This document shows positions 11,735-23,744 of a stretch of DNA of 64,000 nt, piece after piece. Origin of the DNA: Mobula hypostoma (taxonomy: Eukaryota); NCBI RefSeq assembly GCF_963921235.1, contig NC_086097.1, positions 115,694,001 through 115,758,000 of the forward strand, in the 5' to 3' direction. The position numbers were made by a program, and so were the translations under genes. The notes below the pieces were generated by a model. That model was not told the origin of the DNA and searched no databases. It saw only the letters and a list, made by a program, of their open reading frames with translations. Within the stretch, counting starts at the first letter, position 1. Each line of letters opens with the position of its first letter.

Positions 11735-12810
11735 AATATTGTGATGAAATTGAGCTATACATGATGGCAACATGTGGTAGAACAAAGGGATCTGGGAATA
11801 CAGATCCATAATTCCTGGAAAGTGGCATCACAGGTAGATAGGGTCATAAAGAGAGCTTTTACCACACTGCCTTCATTAATCAATGTATTGACTATAGGAG
11901 GTGGGATGTTACGAAATCATATAAGACATTAGTGAGGTCTAATCTGGCAGTGTTGTGTACACTTCTGGGTCACCTACCTACAGGAAAGATATCAATATGA
12001 TTGAAATAGTACAGAGGAAATTTACAAGGATAGTGCTGGGACTTGAGAACCTGAGTTACAGGGAGAGGTTGAACAGGACTTTATTCTTTGGAGTGTAGGA
12101 GAATGAGGGGAGGTTTGATAGAGGTACACAAAACTTTGAGGAATATTATTTATCTGTCGTGTCATATGACATTGGCCATGATTGCTCTTGGCAAATTTTT
12201 CTACAGAAGTGCTTTGCCATTGCCTTCTTCTGGGCAGTGTCTTTACAAGATTGGTAACCTCAGCCATTATCAATACACTTCAGAGATTGTCTGCCTAGTG
12301 TCAGTGGTCACATAACCAGGGCTTGTGATATGGCCATCAACCACCTGCTCTCATGGCTTCACCTGACACCGATTGGGTGGGGTGGGGGATGCTAAGCAGG
12401 TACTCCACCTTGCCCAAGCATGATCTGCAGGGCAAAGGAGTGTCTTACATTTCCTTTGGTAGAGACGTATCTCTACCCTGCCACCCAACTGAGCATTATA
12501 GATAGGGTAAATGCAAGCAGGCTTTTCCCACTGAGGTTGGGTGAGATTAGAACTAGAGGTCAGAGGTTAAAGATGAAAGGTGAAATGTTTGAGGGGTACA
12601 TAAGGAGGAACTTCTTCACTCAGAAGGTGGTGTGATTGTGGTGAGGTGCCAGTAGAAGTAGTTCTGTGGTTTTGATTACAATATTTAAGTTTTGAGAAAC
12701 GTATCAATGGGATGGCATTGAGGCCTATGGTCCAGGTGTATGTCAATGGGTATAGGCTGACATGGACTAGAAAGGGCCTGTTTCTGTGCTGTAGTGCTCT
12801 ATGACTCTAT
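11735..12810 (+). mobile_element. Old CR1 3' fragment, interrupted at ~12145-12488
   Basis: RRMRGGLIEV (ORF 12088) resumes as IDRVNASRLFP...RTRG...RNFFTQKVV (ORF 12420); ctatgactctatg tail. Confidence 0.8.
12145..12488 (-). mobile_element. Non-autonomous interspersed repeat, probably RTE-related
   Basis: Near-identical paralogue at 45085-45447; RTE-like ttctacagaagtggtttgccattgccttc segment. Confidence 0.55.
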
Positions 12811-13269
12811 GCTTTTATGCCTGCACAGTCTAAAGAGGCAAGAAACTGAGGAACAAACGCTACACATGTGGCAATGTTGAAGTGACTACAAAAACCATGC
12901 TGTAAAAGACTTGTTCTGCTGTACACTAGCAGCCTATCCTCATTAACCCACTAGTCCAGATGTCTGGGTATAAGGAAGCTGATGTTCAGTCTTGGCTCTT
13001 TTGAGCAGGGTCTCACTGAAAAAGACTGTGAAGGTTTCTATGAAGAAGTTGTCAATAGGGAATCTATGAAGTGTTGTGTTAGTGGGCAGATGTCACTGAA
13101 ACTCAAGGCAACTCACTAACCAGTGGGAAATTCTGGACCACAATGTTTGAATAATGTAACATCTGTTGTGTAATTGTGAAACACTATTTCACAAGCCAGG
13201 GATTATTTTCATTCTGTTAATTGCAATCACTGGTGAAGTTGTCCTTCTTGTGGGAAAAAAATATAAAGA

Positions 13270-13565
13270 TTGAAAGATGAACTTTATTTATCACATGTGC
13301 ATTAAAACATATACAATGTAATGCATCATTTGTGTCAAATCAAATCAGTAATAACTGTGCCGGGCAGCCTGCAAGTGACACCCCAATTCTAGTGGCAATG
13401 TAGCTTGCCCACAAGTCACTATCCCTAACCTGTACGTCTTTGGAATGTGGGTGGAAACCAGAGCACCTGGAGGTCATAAATAGAACATGCAATCTCTTTA
13501 TCCCCGATCTTACAGCTAGTACACTGTAAAGCATTGCACTAATCGCTTTGCTACTGTGCTGTCCA
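13270..13565 (-). mobile_element. V-SINE/HE1-like SINE (decayed)
   Basis: cctgtacgtctttggaatgtgggtggaaaccagagcacctggagg core and ctgtaaagcattgcactaa head; paralogue at 36845-37090. Confidence 0.6.
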
Positions 13566-15139
13566 ATCAACCCATATTTAAACATACATGGCCTGAAATC
13601 CTCAACAAAAATTTCTATTGTGTGGTGAGGGCAGTAGCAGAATGAGTGAGGGATAAGTAATATTGCAGGTTGACCTTAAATAACCCTTCAATAATATCAG
13701 AACCAACAGAGCAGATTTTGTTAGTCTCCCAATCACATGTATACTTGGCTCATTGATTACACCTGCCTTTTACACATATTTTCAATAAATATATATAACA
13801 TCTGTGCCCAATCAAATATGTTCATTGCTAAGCAATCTCCAGGTTGCATGTGATCTAATATTCCACACGATCAACATCTTGAATGTAAACCAAATGTACT
13901 GTCTTCAGACAAGCAGCCCCAGGTGCGGATTAAACTCAGGACTCAGCTGTAGGCCTGAATGATGCAGATTTATTTCGAGAATAATACAAGGAATAATTAA
14001 TCTGAGAACTCACTTACTCAGGACTTGGACAGAATGGTAGTTTACACAGAACTTGAATCCAGGACTTGGTGATGATCACTGGCCCAGAATAGTCTTAAAT
14101 AGAGCATAACACACAGGAAATCCGTGTGGGTTGAAATCAAAAGCTAATCACTTAAGAATGAGAAGCATAAGGGAACAGTATTCACATATTGAGCGTCACA
14201 AAAAGCACAGTGGCAGCTTAATGATAAAACAACTCTGATAAACTCAAATAAATAGCATTCAGGTGTGTCAAGACCTACGACTACCCATCACCCCTTGCTG
14301 GTCTGAAGGGTTCATAATGCCAATTTTTCATGATACGTTCTGACAGATTTTGGATTCTTTGGCAGACTGTGTTGTACTTGATATTAGCTGAAATCTGAAA
14401 GTTGTACTTGAAATTAGCTGAAATCTCGATGGCAATATCTTTATGCAAGCTCAGAGTTCAGAAGATATAATGATCTTTTCATAGTTTCAAAGTACCAGTG
14501 AATCCTTTCTTCCTGTGAAGGAGCCAGCAATCAGTAAAGCCATCAAATCTGAATACAGATTTTCCTCTATAAAATACTATGCAGTACATTTTCTATAAAA
14601 GTTATTTTCACCTTTGTTGTACCGTTTTTAGCCAAGGTTCTAACCAGTGTTTGATTTGGAATAAATCAAAGGTAGACTGGATTTTTTGTTGCATTGATTG
14701 ATTGCAGAAAATTGCACATTCAGCAGTTCTCTGGCTTGACAGGCACTGAAGGCCACATAAATCATTTTTTGTAATAAATCTGTTACTCCATGAAAACTTT
14801 AAAAAACATTTATTGAAATCAAGTCAATTTCATTTAAAATAAAGGTAAAATGAAGAGCCTTGCGCTTTAATGCAGGTGTTGCGGAATTTTGCAAATTTGA
14901 GAATAGGTAGGACTTCCTGCGAGCTCAAAATTCCTCATTCAAACAAATTAAGCCAATAAAATAGTTCAGAGTAGATAATTGAGCTCATAATGAATGGTCA
15001 ACACCATTACGTGTTTACATCAACTTTGTCCAAAGGCTAGCTTGTATTTTGGCTATAGAATCATCTTTTAAGATGAATTTTAGTTCGAGGATGATTAAGC
15101 ATTTACACGATCAATCACTCCATCCAGAGAACTAAAATA

Positions 15140-15347
15140 TGCCTTTTGATTTTCTATTTATATTCTGTGTTTTCTTGTTGCTGTTTACACAATTTTCTTT
15201 GTGTATGGGGGTTGCGGGTTTGATATTTTTCATTGAACAGGCTAGTTCCATGGTTTTTATTGTTCTGTGGCTGTCCATGGGAAGACGAATTTCAGGGTTT
15301 TATGCTGCATACATATTTTGACAATAAATGTGCTTTGGATCTTTGAA
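15140..15347 (+). mobile_element. LINE-tailed non-autonomous repeat, 3' end
   Basis: Tail caataaatgtgctttggatctttgaa and upstream body shared with 27820-28030(-), 29870-30220(-) and 59040-60125(+). Confidence 0.5.
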
Positions 15348-15377
15348 TCATGAATGTGAGAGGAGTATCTCTAGAGA

Positions 15378-17617
15378 GGAGTTCAAAGGTTTCAGAAGTA
15401 CTTTTAATGTCAGAGAAATGTGCACAATATTCATCCTGAAATTCTTTTTTCTTTGCAAATATCCATGAAAACAGACGAGTGCCCCAAAAGATGAATGACA
15501 GTTAAATGTTAGAACCCCAAAGACCCCCCCAGCTCCCCCCCCACACATAATCAGCAGCAAAGCAATGACCCCACCTCCCCACCAGTAAAAAGCATTGGCG
15601 CCCACCACCGAGCACTCAAGCGTGCAGCAAAGCATCAATAAAGACACATACTTGCAATACCCCAAAGTCTACTCATTCACCCAGTATTTGACATACCATA
15701 GGCTCTCTCCCTCTGTCCCCCTAATTAGGGAAAAGAGGTGTCGAATGTATTCCATCTAATCAAGCAGTGTAGACTGGAGCCCTGAAAGAACTAAGAACAA
15801 ACTTCCCCACCCTAAACACCTTTAAAATGAATATTAATGAAAAAGAGCACTGTTACACAAATCCAGTGCATGGCTGTTCCATCTACCTAACACGACATGG
15901 AGACCTGAAAAATACTAAGAAGGTGACTGATTCCCACCCTAAACCCCCTTAAATTGTTTTAATTAGAAGAGTCAGCACCTACTGGAAGACTGTCCAACGC
16001 AGCAAATCCACTGGCCAATAGAGGAATGCTGAAAAACTAAGACTGGCTGCGTCCTTAAACCCGTCAATGCATACTTTAAAGTTTGCAGGTCTATTCTGAG
16101 CAACAAGGATGGAAATCTGGGGAGAAAGAAGAGTGCTGTTTCATAGCCCTAACCCCCCACCACCCATCACTAGTGAAATTAATGAAAAGCTCCAGTAGTG
16201 ATTTACACACCACACCCCCCAAAAAAATCATTTACAACCAAAGTGGGAAACTAATCTCATGGGAAAATAGAAATGAAATCCATACCTCTCTGAAACACCA
16301 GTTTAATTTGCTTCCCAGATGTACATTAGTGCAGTCCTTGGTAGATCAAGCCTTCTAACTTTGTAGCCCATTCAAGTAATGCTACTTTGTTAGCTCACTT
16401 CCTCCTGTATTTTACTTTTCCAATATTATTTACAGCTATGGTTCGGTTTTATCTTGGATTAATTTCTATAGATCAGTGGGACTAGGCAGAAAATGGTTCG
16501 GCACAGCCAAGAAGGGCCAAAAGGCCTGTTTCTGTGCTGTAGTTTCTATGGTTCTATGGTGTCCCCATTTAGCGAGAGAGGAGATATAACAAAGTAACTC
16601 ACTGATTTATGGTGTTTAAAGTCTGTTGCGTCGCTTTTTCCGAGCTCTGTATCGAAAGAACTTGGGTCTCTGGGCACACAACCAGCAGCCAGCTCGCTGT
16701 TTACGATTTTCCGTCTCCCATGATGCATCAGGCAGCGGCGCCGGCCTTGAGTCCGCCCGCCTCCAGAGTCATGAAAATCCATCCAGCACCCTGAAGGTGC
16801 GCTTGTCTTCCAGGCCGCATCCTTGCCACATCAAACAGCAGCCGGTCGTGAGGCCCTGAGAGCGGGGCTCATTTCCACAAAGAACTGAAGACAGCATGTA
16901 ACTCCAGATCAGGGTCTTTAAAAGAACCTTGAAAAGGAAATAAAAAGAGACCCCACCCCCAGCTCCCCCCTCTCATGCATAAGCAGTAGAAAGGCAATGA
17001 CACCCCCACCTCCATCAGCAAAAAAAGCATTGGCACACCCCCCACCTAGCACTCAAGCATGCAGCAAAGCATCAATGAAGACACAGAGTTGCAGTACCCC
17101 AAAGACTACTCAATCACCTGGTATTCGACATACCACAGGCTCTCCCTAATAAGGGAAAAAAGAAGTGACCCTGTTTCGCAGCGAGAGAGGAGACATAACA
17201 AGCAACTCACTGATTTATGATGTTAAAAGTCTGTTGCGTCGCTTTTCTGATCTCTGTGCCCAAAGAATTCGGGTCTCTGGGCACACAGCCAGCAGCCAGC
17301 TTGCTGCTTTCGATCTTCTGTCTCCCATGACACATAAGACGGAGGCACTGACCTCAAGCCCACCTGCCTCCAGAGCCATGAAATCCTGGAACCCTGAAGG
17401 TGCAGTAGTCTTCTACGCCGCAACCTTGGTATGTCGAATAGCAGCCAGTCGTGAGACCCCAAGAGCCGGTCCCATTCCCGCAAAGAACCTAAGTCAGTGT
17501 GTAACTGCAGGTCAAGGTCTTCAAAAAAACCTTGTAAGGCGAAAATAGAGATATTAAAAATAGAAACTGAGCTGTTTCCAAAGATGCAAGCAAAGGAGTT
17601 GCCGTCAGCCGCCATTG
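15378..17617 (-). mobile_element. Non-autonomous LINE-like element with internal tandem duplication and an 815-bp insert
   Basis: 15520-15742 plus 16558-16950 is repeated at 16948-17560; minus-strand 5' end caatggcggctgacggc; a plus-strand relative lies at 40575-41280. Confidence 0.6.
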
Positions 17618-18814
17618 CCATGGCCACTGTTCGTGAGTTGCGCCAGCTGTAGAACTTGCAGCAGGTATGGAAGACCATGACATTTAGACACACAAAAGTT
17701 ATTATTATTGAAGGAAATAGTTTTTAAAAATATCTGAAATAAACCAAAACAGCCTAAACTGAAAACTCTAAAGTAAAGTAAAATGAAATAAAAATATGTA
17801 CTTAGTCTTTCTCTCCTCTGGCGCCAGGGCCAAGTTTAAAAAGCTGCGGGGACTGAGATGCAATGCATACAGTAAGCATAACACTGTGAAATGCCATCAC
17901 AACTGTTCACTGGAGTCCCCATGGAATTCTGTGCCAGAGTAAACTTATTGATTTAGTCATCAGATTTCTGACATCTTGCATCAGAAATGGGAAAACAGAG
18001 AGACAGAAAAAATAAAATGAACTACACTGCATGGTTGTTAAATTTCTGCAGCTGTGTGATTCGTGAAGGACTGCTGGTGTCACCATCGTGGTCTTTCTCA
18101 AGCTGCAATGGGCCACCAGTACTGATGAGGCCAACAGCAGCAGCAATTAAGGTCCTGCCCATGGGCCACACTGATGATTTTCTGACAGCTCTTGTTATCA
18201 GTGTCTCCAAATTGTCCGATCACAGCAAATGAAAACTGCCACCCTGTTGAACTTCCTGCATTTTCTGAGATTTTGATTTCATATCTGGAATGTTTAAGAA
18301 AAAGAAAAGGCTTCTGCAGTCAATAAACTTGTCCTCTTTTCAATCAAATCCAAAGCAACTTGACTCCACTCATTTTCAGATTTGATAGAGATCTTCAAAT
18401 TCAGAAATTGTTTTCATAGACTAAATGTTTTTAGTGGCAGATGAGTTAATAATCTGAAATAATTGGGAAATACATCAGAGTTAATACAAAATATTTTTAT
18501 ATATGATCTGGTCAAGGGTGAAATTCAATGAGGCAGGTTTATTGGTAATTTTCAAACGGGAGAATTCGTTGAAAATTGGAAAGGAAACAGATATAGAACC
18601 AAGGATAGAAGAAGGTGCTGCAATTAATGGATACCTCCATCGAATGTGATGATATAGAAACAAAATAGTCAAATGAGCTTGGCCTCATCTTGCATGTCTA
18701 GGGCTAGATGCTGCCTTTGGACACCTTGTATTTTATCAAGAGTTGACAAGGCTGTTTCTGTCTCTGCAGTAATCCTGACAGTTCCATTGGGCTATAATAA
18801 AACACCACATAAAG

Positions 18815-19400
18815 ATTCAAGATTCAATATTGTTTAATATCATTTCCAGTACACAAGTGTAAAGGAGAATGAAATAAATGTTACTCCAGATCCAATGCGG
18901 CACAAAAAAACAGTAAGATGGAGAACACAATAATAAAAAACCCAATAAATATAAATACTTATAGCTTTGATTGATTGTATGTCCATAAAGTGTTTGTACA
19001 CAAGGTGACACAGTCAGGTAATGATAAAGTAGTGATGGTTGTGGTGGGATTCGTGGTTGGGGTTATGGTGAGGTGGGTTAGTGGGTCGTGTTGTTCAGCC
19101 TGACTGCTTGAGGAAAATAACTGTTTTTGAATCTGATAGTCCTTGCACAGATGCTGCGTAGCATCCTCTCTGGTGGGAGTGGGACAAACAACCCATGAGC
19201 AGGGTGGGTGCATCCTTCATGATATTTCCAGCTTATTTCTGGCACCTTTCTGTATATATGCCCTTGTTGGTGGATAGGCTGGTGCCGGCAATGCATTGGA
19301 CACCTGTTGTAGAGCCTTCTGGTTCACTGCAGTGCAATTTCCGTACCATGCAGTGACACAGCATGTTAGGATGCTCTCTACTCAGCATCTGCAGAAGATG
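18815..19400 (-). mobile_element. Rex1/Babar LINE 3' fragment
   Basis: ORF 19078..19296(-) HPAHGLFVPLP...RTIRFKNSYFPQAVRLNN; attcaagattcaa tail. Confidence 0.8.
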
Positions 19401-19934
19401 CGCTGCCCTTAACTGAGGCCTCTGATCATTAGGCAGACCACCTTCATGTTTATCATTGCAAAGATAGAGGAAAATATTATCTTAACTATCCTCAGCAGTA
19501 AGTGAAGCCAATAGCCAAGTCATGCAAATACCAGAAACCAGACTTTTGAATTATCTTAGAACAATGAAGGTCACTGAACCACATAAAAGTTGAGCAATTC
19601 TAACAGTTCGGCCTGGATATGAAGGGCCTGTTTCTGTGGTGTAGTGTCTATGCCTTTATATGTCAATGAGAAAGATCAGTTAACCATATTATCTGTCAGA
19701 CAGAGGCAACTGATAATGAAGGATAACATGGGCTGTGATCAATAAGACAAGCAGAGCGGGACCATATTGAGATAAGACAACCATTAAATGTCAATTAGTA
19801 ACTTCACTTTCAATTTAAACCCCCTAAAATGTGATTCAGGCCTGCATAATTATAGTTAAGGACAAACCTGTATCATTGATTGTGTACGTTATAATGAAGA
19901 GAAGAAGAATAATACCAATAATTAAAACCTAGGT

Positions 19935-20045
19935 ATCCTGGTGAAGGGTCTCGGCCTGATATGCCAACTCTTTATTCCTTTCCATAAATGCTGCCTAACT
20001 TCCAGCATTCTGTGTGTGTCAGTATCTGCAGAATCTCTGCTGTTT
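19935..20045 (+). mobile_element. PLE 3' terminal fragment with degenerate hammerhead
   Basis: cctggtgaagggtctcggcctgatatg...atgctgcct...tctgcagaatct. Confidence 0.65.
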
Positions 20046-20314
20046 ATAATTAGAATCTGGCTTATTCATCGCAGTTGATTTAACCTGATGGAGAGAGGTT
20101 GGTTGGGAATTCAGAAGATTTCATGGGATTGCTGATGTTAGCCTTCAGGCACTTGAAGATTCTTCGTCAGGTCAAAGTCTGTTTCTTACTTAATCAGATT
20201 ATTAAATAAAGATAACCTATATAAAAGTTGCCTAAAATTATAGTTCTCGATGGTACACCGAGTGAAATGTATAGTAATAGAAATACATTGAAGTATGACT
20301 CCTGTATTCAGCTA

Positions 20315-21590
20315 CATGCACAAAATGCTGGAGGAGCTCAGTAGGTCTGGCAGCATCTATGAGGGGAAATGAACAGTCACCATTTTGAGCTGAGACCCTT
20401 CATCACGACTGGAAAGGAAGAGAAAAAAAGCCGGAATACAAAGGCAGGGAGAGAGCAAGGAGGACAAGGTGGCATGTGACAAGTTAGTCCGGTCAAGGTG
20501 GGGGAAGGGGGAAGGAAAGGAAATGATATGAGAAACTGGGAGGTGATAAGTGGAAGAGGTGAAGGGCTGAAGAAGAAAGAGACAGTAGGTCATGGAATAA
20601 AGGGAAGGAAGTTGGACGTAGGTGATGGGCAGGTCATGAAGACAGAGGAGGTGAGGGAAAAGGACAAGGTCCACAGGAATGAGAGAAAACAAAGGGGAGT
20701 AGTTAACAGAGTTAGAGAAATTGATGTTGATGTTGTTAGTCTCTCTCTCAGCACCATTCAGGGCCCAAATCAGTCGTTCCAGGTGAGGTGGCACTTCAGG
20801 TGTGTAGATCTTACGGTGTTATTTATTGTATCCAATGCTCCTGGTGGGGCCTCCTCTACATCTGTGAACACTAACGCAAATTGGGCTCTGCTTCACCAAG
20901 CACCTTGTCTCCATCCACCACAACTGCTAGGATCTCCTGGGGACCACCCATTTTATTTGCACTCCTTATTTCCACTTCGGCATGTCAGTCCATGGCCTCT
21001 GCTTCTGCCGTGCAGAGGTCAGATGCAAGTTGGGGGAGCAAAACCTCATGTTTTTTGTTGATCATCTCCAACATGACTTATGGTTTTATGGTCCAAATAT
21101 GACAGCATCAGCATCAATTTTTCTGTCTTCTGGTAACAATTGCCCTCTGTTTTCTGCTATTTCCATGGCCCACTCACCCTTTCTCTCCCCTTCTCATGCT
21201 CTCATAACCTGCCCATCACTTCCTTCTGAATCTAGGCCCTCAAATTCTTCCCTTCATGTCATTCTTTCTCCTACCAGATTCCTCCTTCTTCAACCACTTA
21301 CCTCTTCTACCTATTGCCTTCCAGTTTCTCACATCATTCCCTTTCATCCCTTCTCCCCCACCCACATTCCTCTCTTCCTCACCTATCATCTGCCAGCTTG
21401 ATCTTCTCCCTCTCCCTCTCCCCCTATCTTTTGTTTCTGGCTTCCACCCTTTTCCTTTCCAGTCCTGAAGAAAGCTCTCAGCCTAAAATGCCAATTGTTT
21501 CTTTCCCTCCATAGGTGCTGCTTGACCTGTTGAGATCCCCCAGCATTTTGTGTGTTGGAGATTTCCAGCGTCTGCAGAATCCTTTCTGTC
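20315..21590. mobile_element. Old Penelope-like element, inverted arrangement
   Basis: Minus-strand 3' UTR ~20315-20735, then plus-strand degenerate GIY-YIG (TIQGPNQSFQVRWHF...) and 3' UTR; degenerate hammerheads near 20374-20411(-) and 21460-21498(+). Confidence 0.75.
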
Positions 21591-23078
21591 TCCAGTATTT
21601 AGCTCCATTGACTCCAAAATTAAAAAAAAAACAAGAAAAGAATGCGATAGGTGTTGCTACTGTACATCACACTTCACAGCTCACGTATCCCCAAGTTTCT
21701 GTCAAGACAGATTGCGGTTCATGTACTTGACCTAAACTGTCAATGTAGAAGCTATGAAAGACATATATATTCTTTACTAAGGTTCACACTGTTTATTAAC
21801 AGGAAATTGGCCTCAGGCTTCCCGGATCAAGAGTGTTTTGACCCAGCTGCATCTTCACCTTTGAAACAAATTTCTAGCTCCTTCCACTCTCCAATATTTC
21901 TTTAATTCATACAGGCAGTGTGTTAATCAGTTAGTCAAACATAAAGCAAAGTGATAACCTTAGATCTGGGATTTCAAATCTAAATAACAGAACAAGTGCT
22001 TATTATTGGACAAGAAGCTGTTTCCAATAATGAAGAGGTGTAGGCCGAAGAATTCTTTGAGTGTTCAATTAAGAAATAGTTGTTGATTTTTACCTCTGTT
22101 CTTCCTGTTTTCATTTTTGAATGTTCTGGAAGTAATCTGAAGTCTGGAACTCGTTAATCCTGGAAAAATCAAAACTGAGTACTGATGACAATATTATTGT
22201 ATTGATTTTGCTGCATCTTGATTTATCTTTATATATCCTATTTGTGTTCTTCTTTCTACCAACTTTCACCTATTGGTCCTGTCTCCCTCACCAAGACCTA
22301 TCTTTTGTTTTCTAGTGTATTTTTTTTAGTCTAAAGTTGCACCCTTCCACTTTAGTTATTCAGTTATTCATTTTTTTTTTTGCAAGGACAGATCTTGTCT
22401 CTTGAGGTTAAACTAATTCTACATCACATTAAATTCTTTTTTTAACCTCCCATTGCTCTCCTGACATTTCTTCCTATTATCAGGCTTGCTCAGTTTACTG
22501 CCAGCATTCATTGGGGAGTTAGCATTATCTGAATCTCAGAAATTATTCTGCAGTTCTTGCTTGGAATAGCACACTAAACTCTCATAGTGAGTTATGTTTC
22601 CCTGAACTCCAGGCCTGTAAACAGATGCAAGAAAAGGTGAAATTATTGCTGACCTCTCCAGTGGCATCCACATCCAGTGGGTGAATGAGAAGAATGGACA
22701 TGAAAACCTTTACTGTCTCTGGTGATCTTGTGGTGCAGAAGAACTTCAGAAATATAATTGCAGTTATTCTGCAGGAATTAAAGGTTGCTTGGAAACAAAG
22801 AATGCAAGCTTCTTGCTTCACCCAGTGTGGAAACTTAAGCAATGAACAATTAGGGTCATTTAAAAAACTCTTAGATAGACACATGGAATTGTAGAGAGCT
22901 GTATAGGAGGGAAGGGTTAGATTGATTTCAGAGCAGATTGAAAAGTTGGCACTGTTGTGACTATGGGTGAAGTCACCAGAAGGACACTGAAGCTGGTGAA
23001 TATGGAGGTCTTTATTCAGCAGACGTGCAGGCGTCATACCAGTGACACTCTTAGAAGCAGCTCCCTGATCCAATAATA

Positions 23079-23392
23079 ATAAAGGCATCCATTAGTAATG
23101 CGAGACCATGGATCTGCACCTGGAAAGTCTTCACTCTCCAGGGTGCAGGCCTGGGCAAGGTTGTATGGAAGACCAGCAGTTGCCCATGCTGCAAGTCTCC
23201 CCTCCCCACGACACCAATGTTGTCCAAGGGAAGGGCATTAGGACCCATACAGCTTGGCACCAGTGTCGTCGCAGAACAGTGTGTGATTAAGTACCTTGCT
23301 CAAGGACACAACACGTTCCCTCAGCTGGGGCTTGAACTCATGACCTTCAGGTCGCTAGTCCAATGCCTTAAACCACTTGGCCACGTGCCACA
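23079..23392 (-). mobile_element. tRNA-derived SINE with 15-bp TSD
   Basis: TSD cctgatccaataata at 23064-23078 and 23393-23407; head ggcacgtggccaagtgg and B-box gagttcaagcc on the minus strand; paralogue at 44097-44416. Confidence 0.85.
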
Positions 23393-23744
23393 CCTGATCC
23401 AATAATACATGATATTTTTATATGCTAAATATCAAAGGTAACAGCAGGATAATTCTAAGGTTACAATCTAACCACAAAGCTTCCTTTGAATTACGTATAG
23501 TTTTCAAACACCTCCATCTTCACACCAACACTCCGGACATCCAAAATGGATATTAATCCCCTGAATCTATGCTGCAAACATACATATGCAGAATCTCAGG
23601 CCAATGCTGTGTTTCTTTATTGCAGTCAACCGCAGTCTGCAGATCCAGGAGGACCATTGTTCTGGGCTGCATTTTAAACTCAAACTACAATCCATGTTCA
23701 GATCTGAAGACTGGTTGCTGTTGAAATTAACATTTGCTATATGT

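Noticed and set aside
13900..14345. Possible solo LTR (TGTC...GACA)
   Set aside because: No matching TSD and no second copy in the window.
14371..14426. 30-bp tandem duplication (similar ~31-bp duplication at 46468-46547)
   Set aside because: Ordinary slippage-type duplications with no further signal.
17987..18232. Overlapping short ORFs in unique GC-richer sequence (also 41343-41606 and 32548-32838)
   Set aside because: No recognisable protein similarity and no consistent splice signals.
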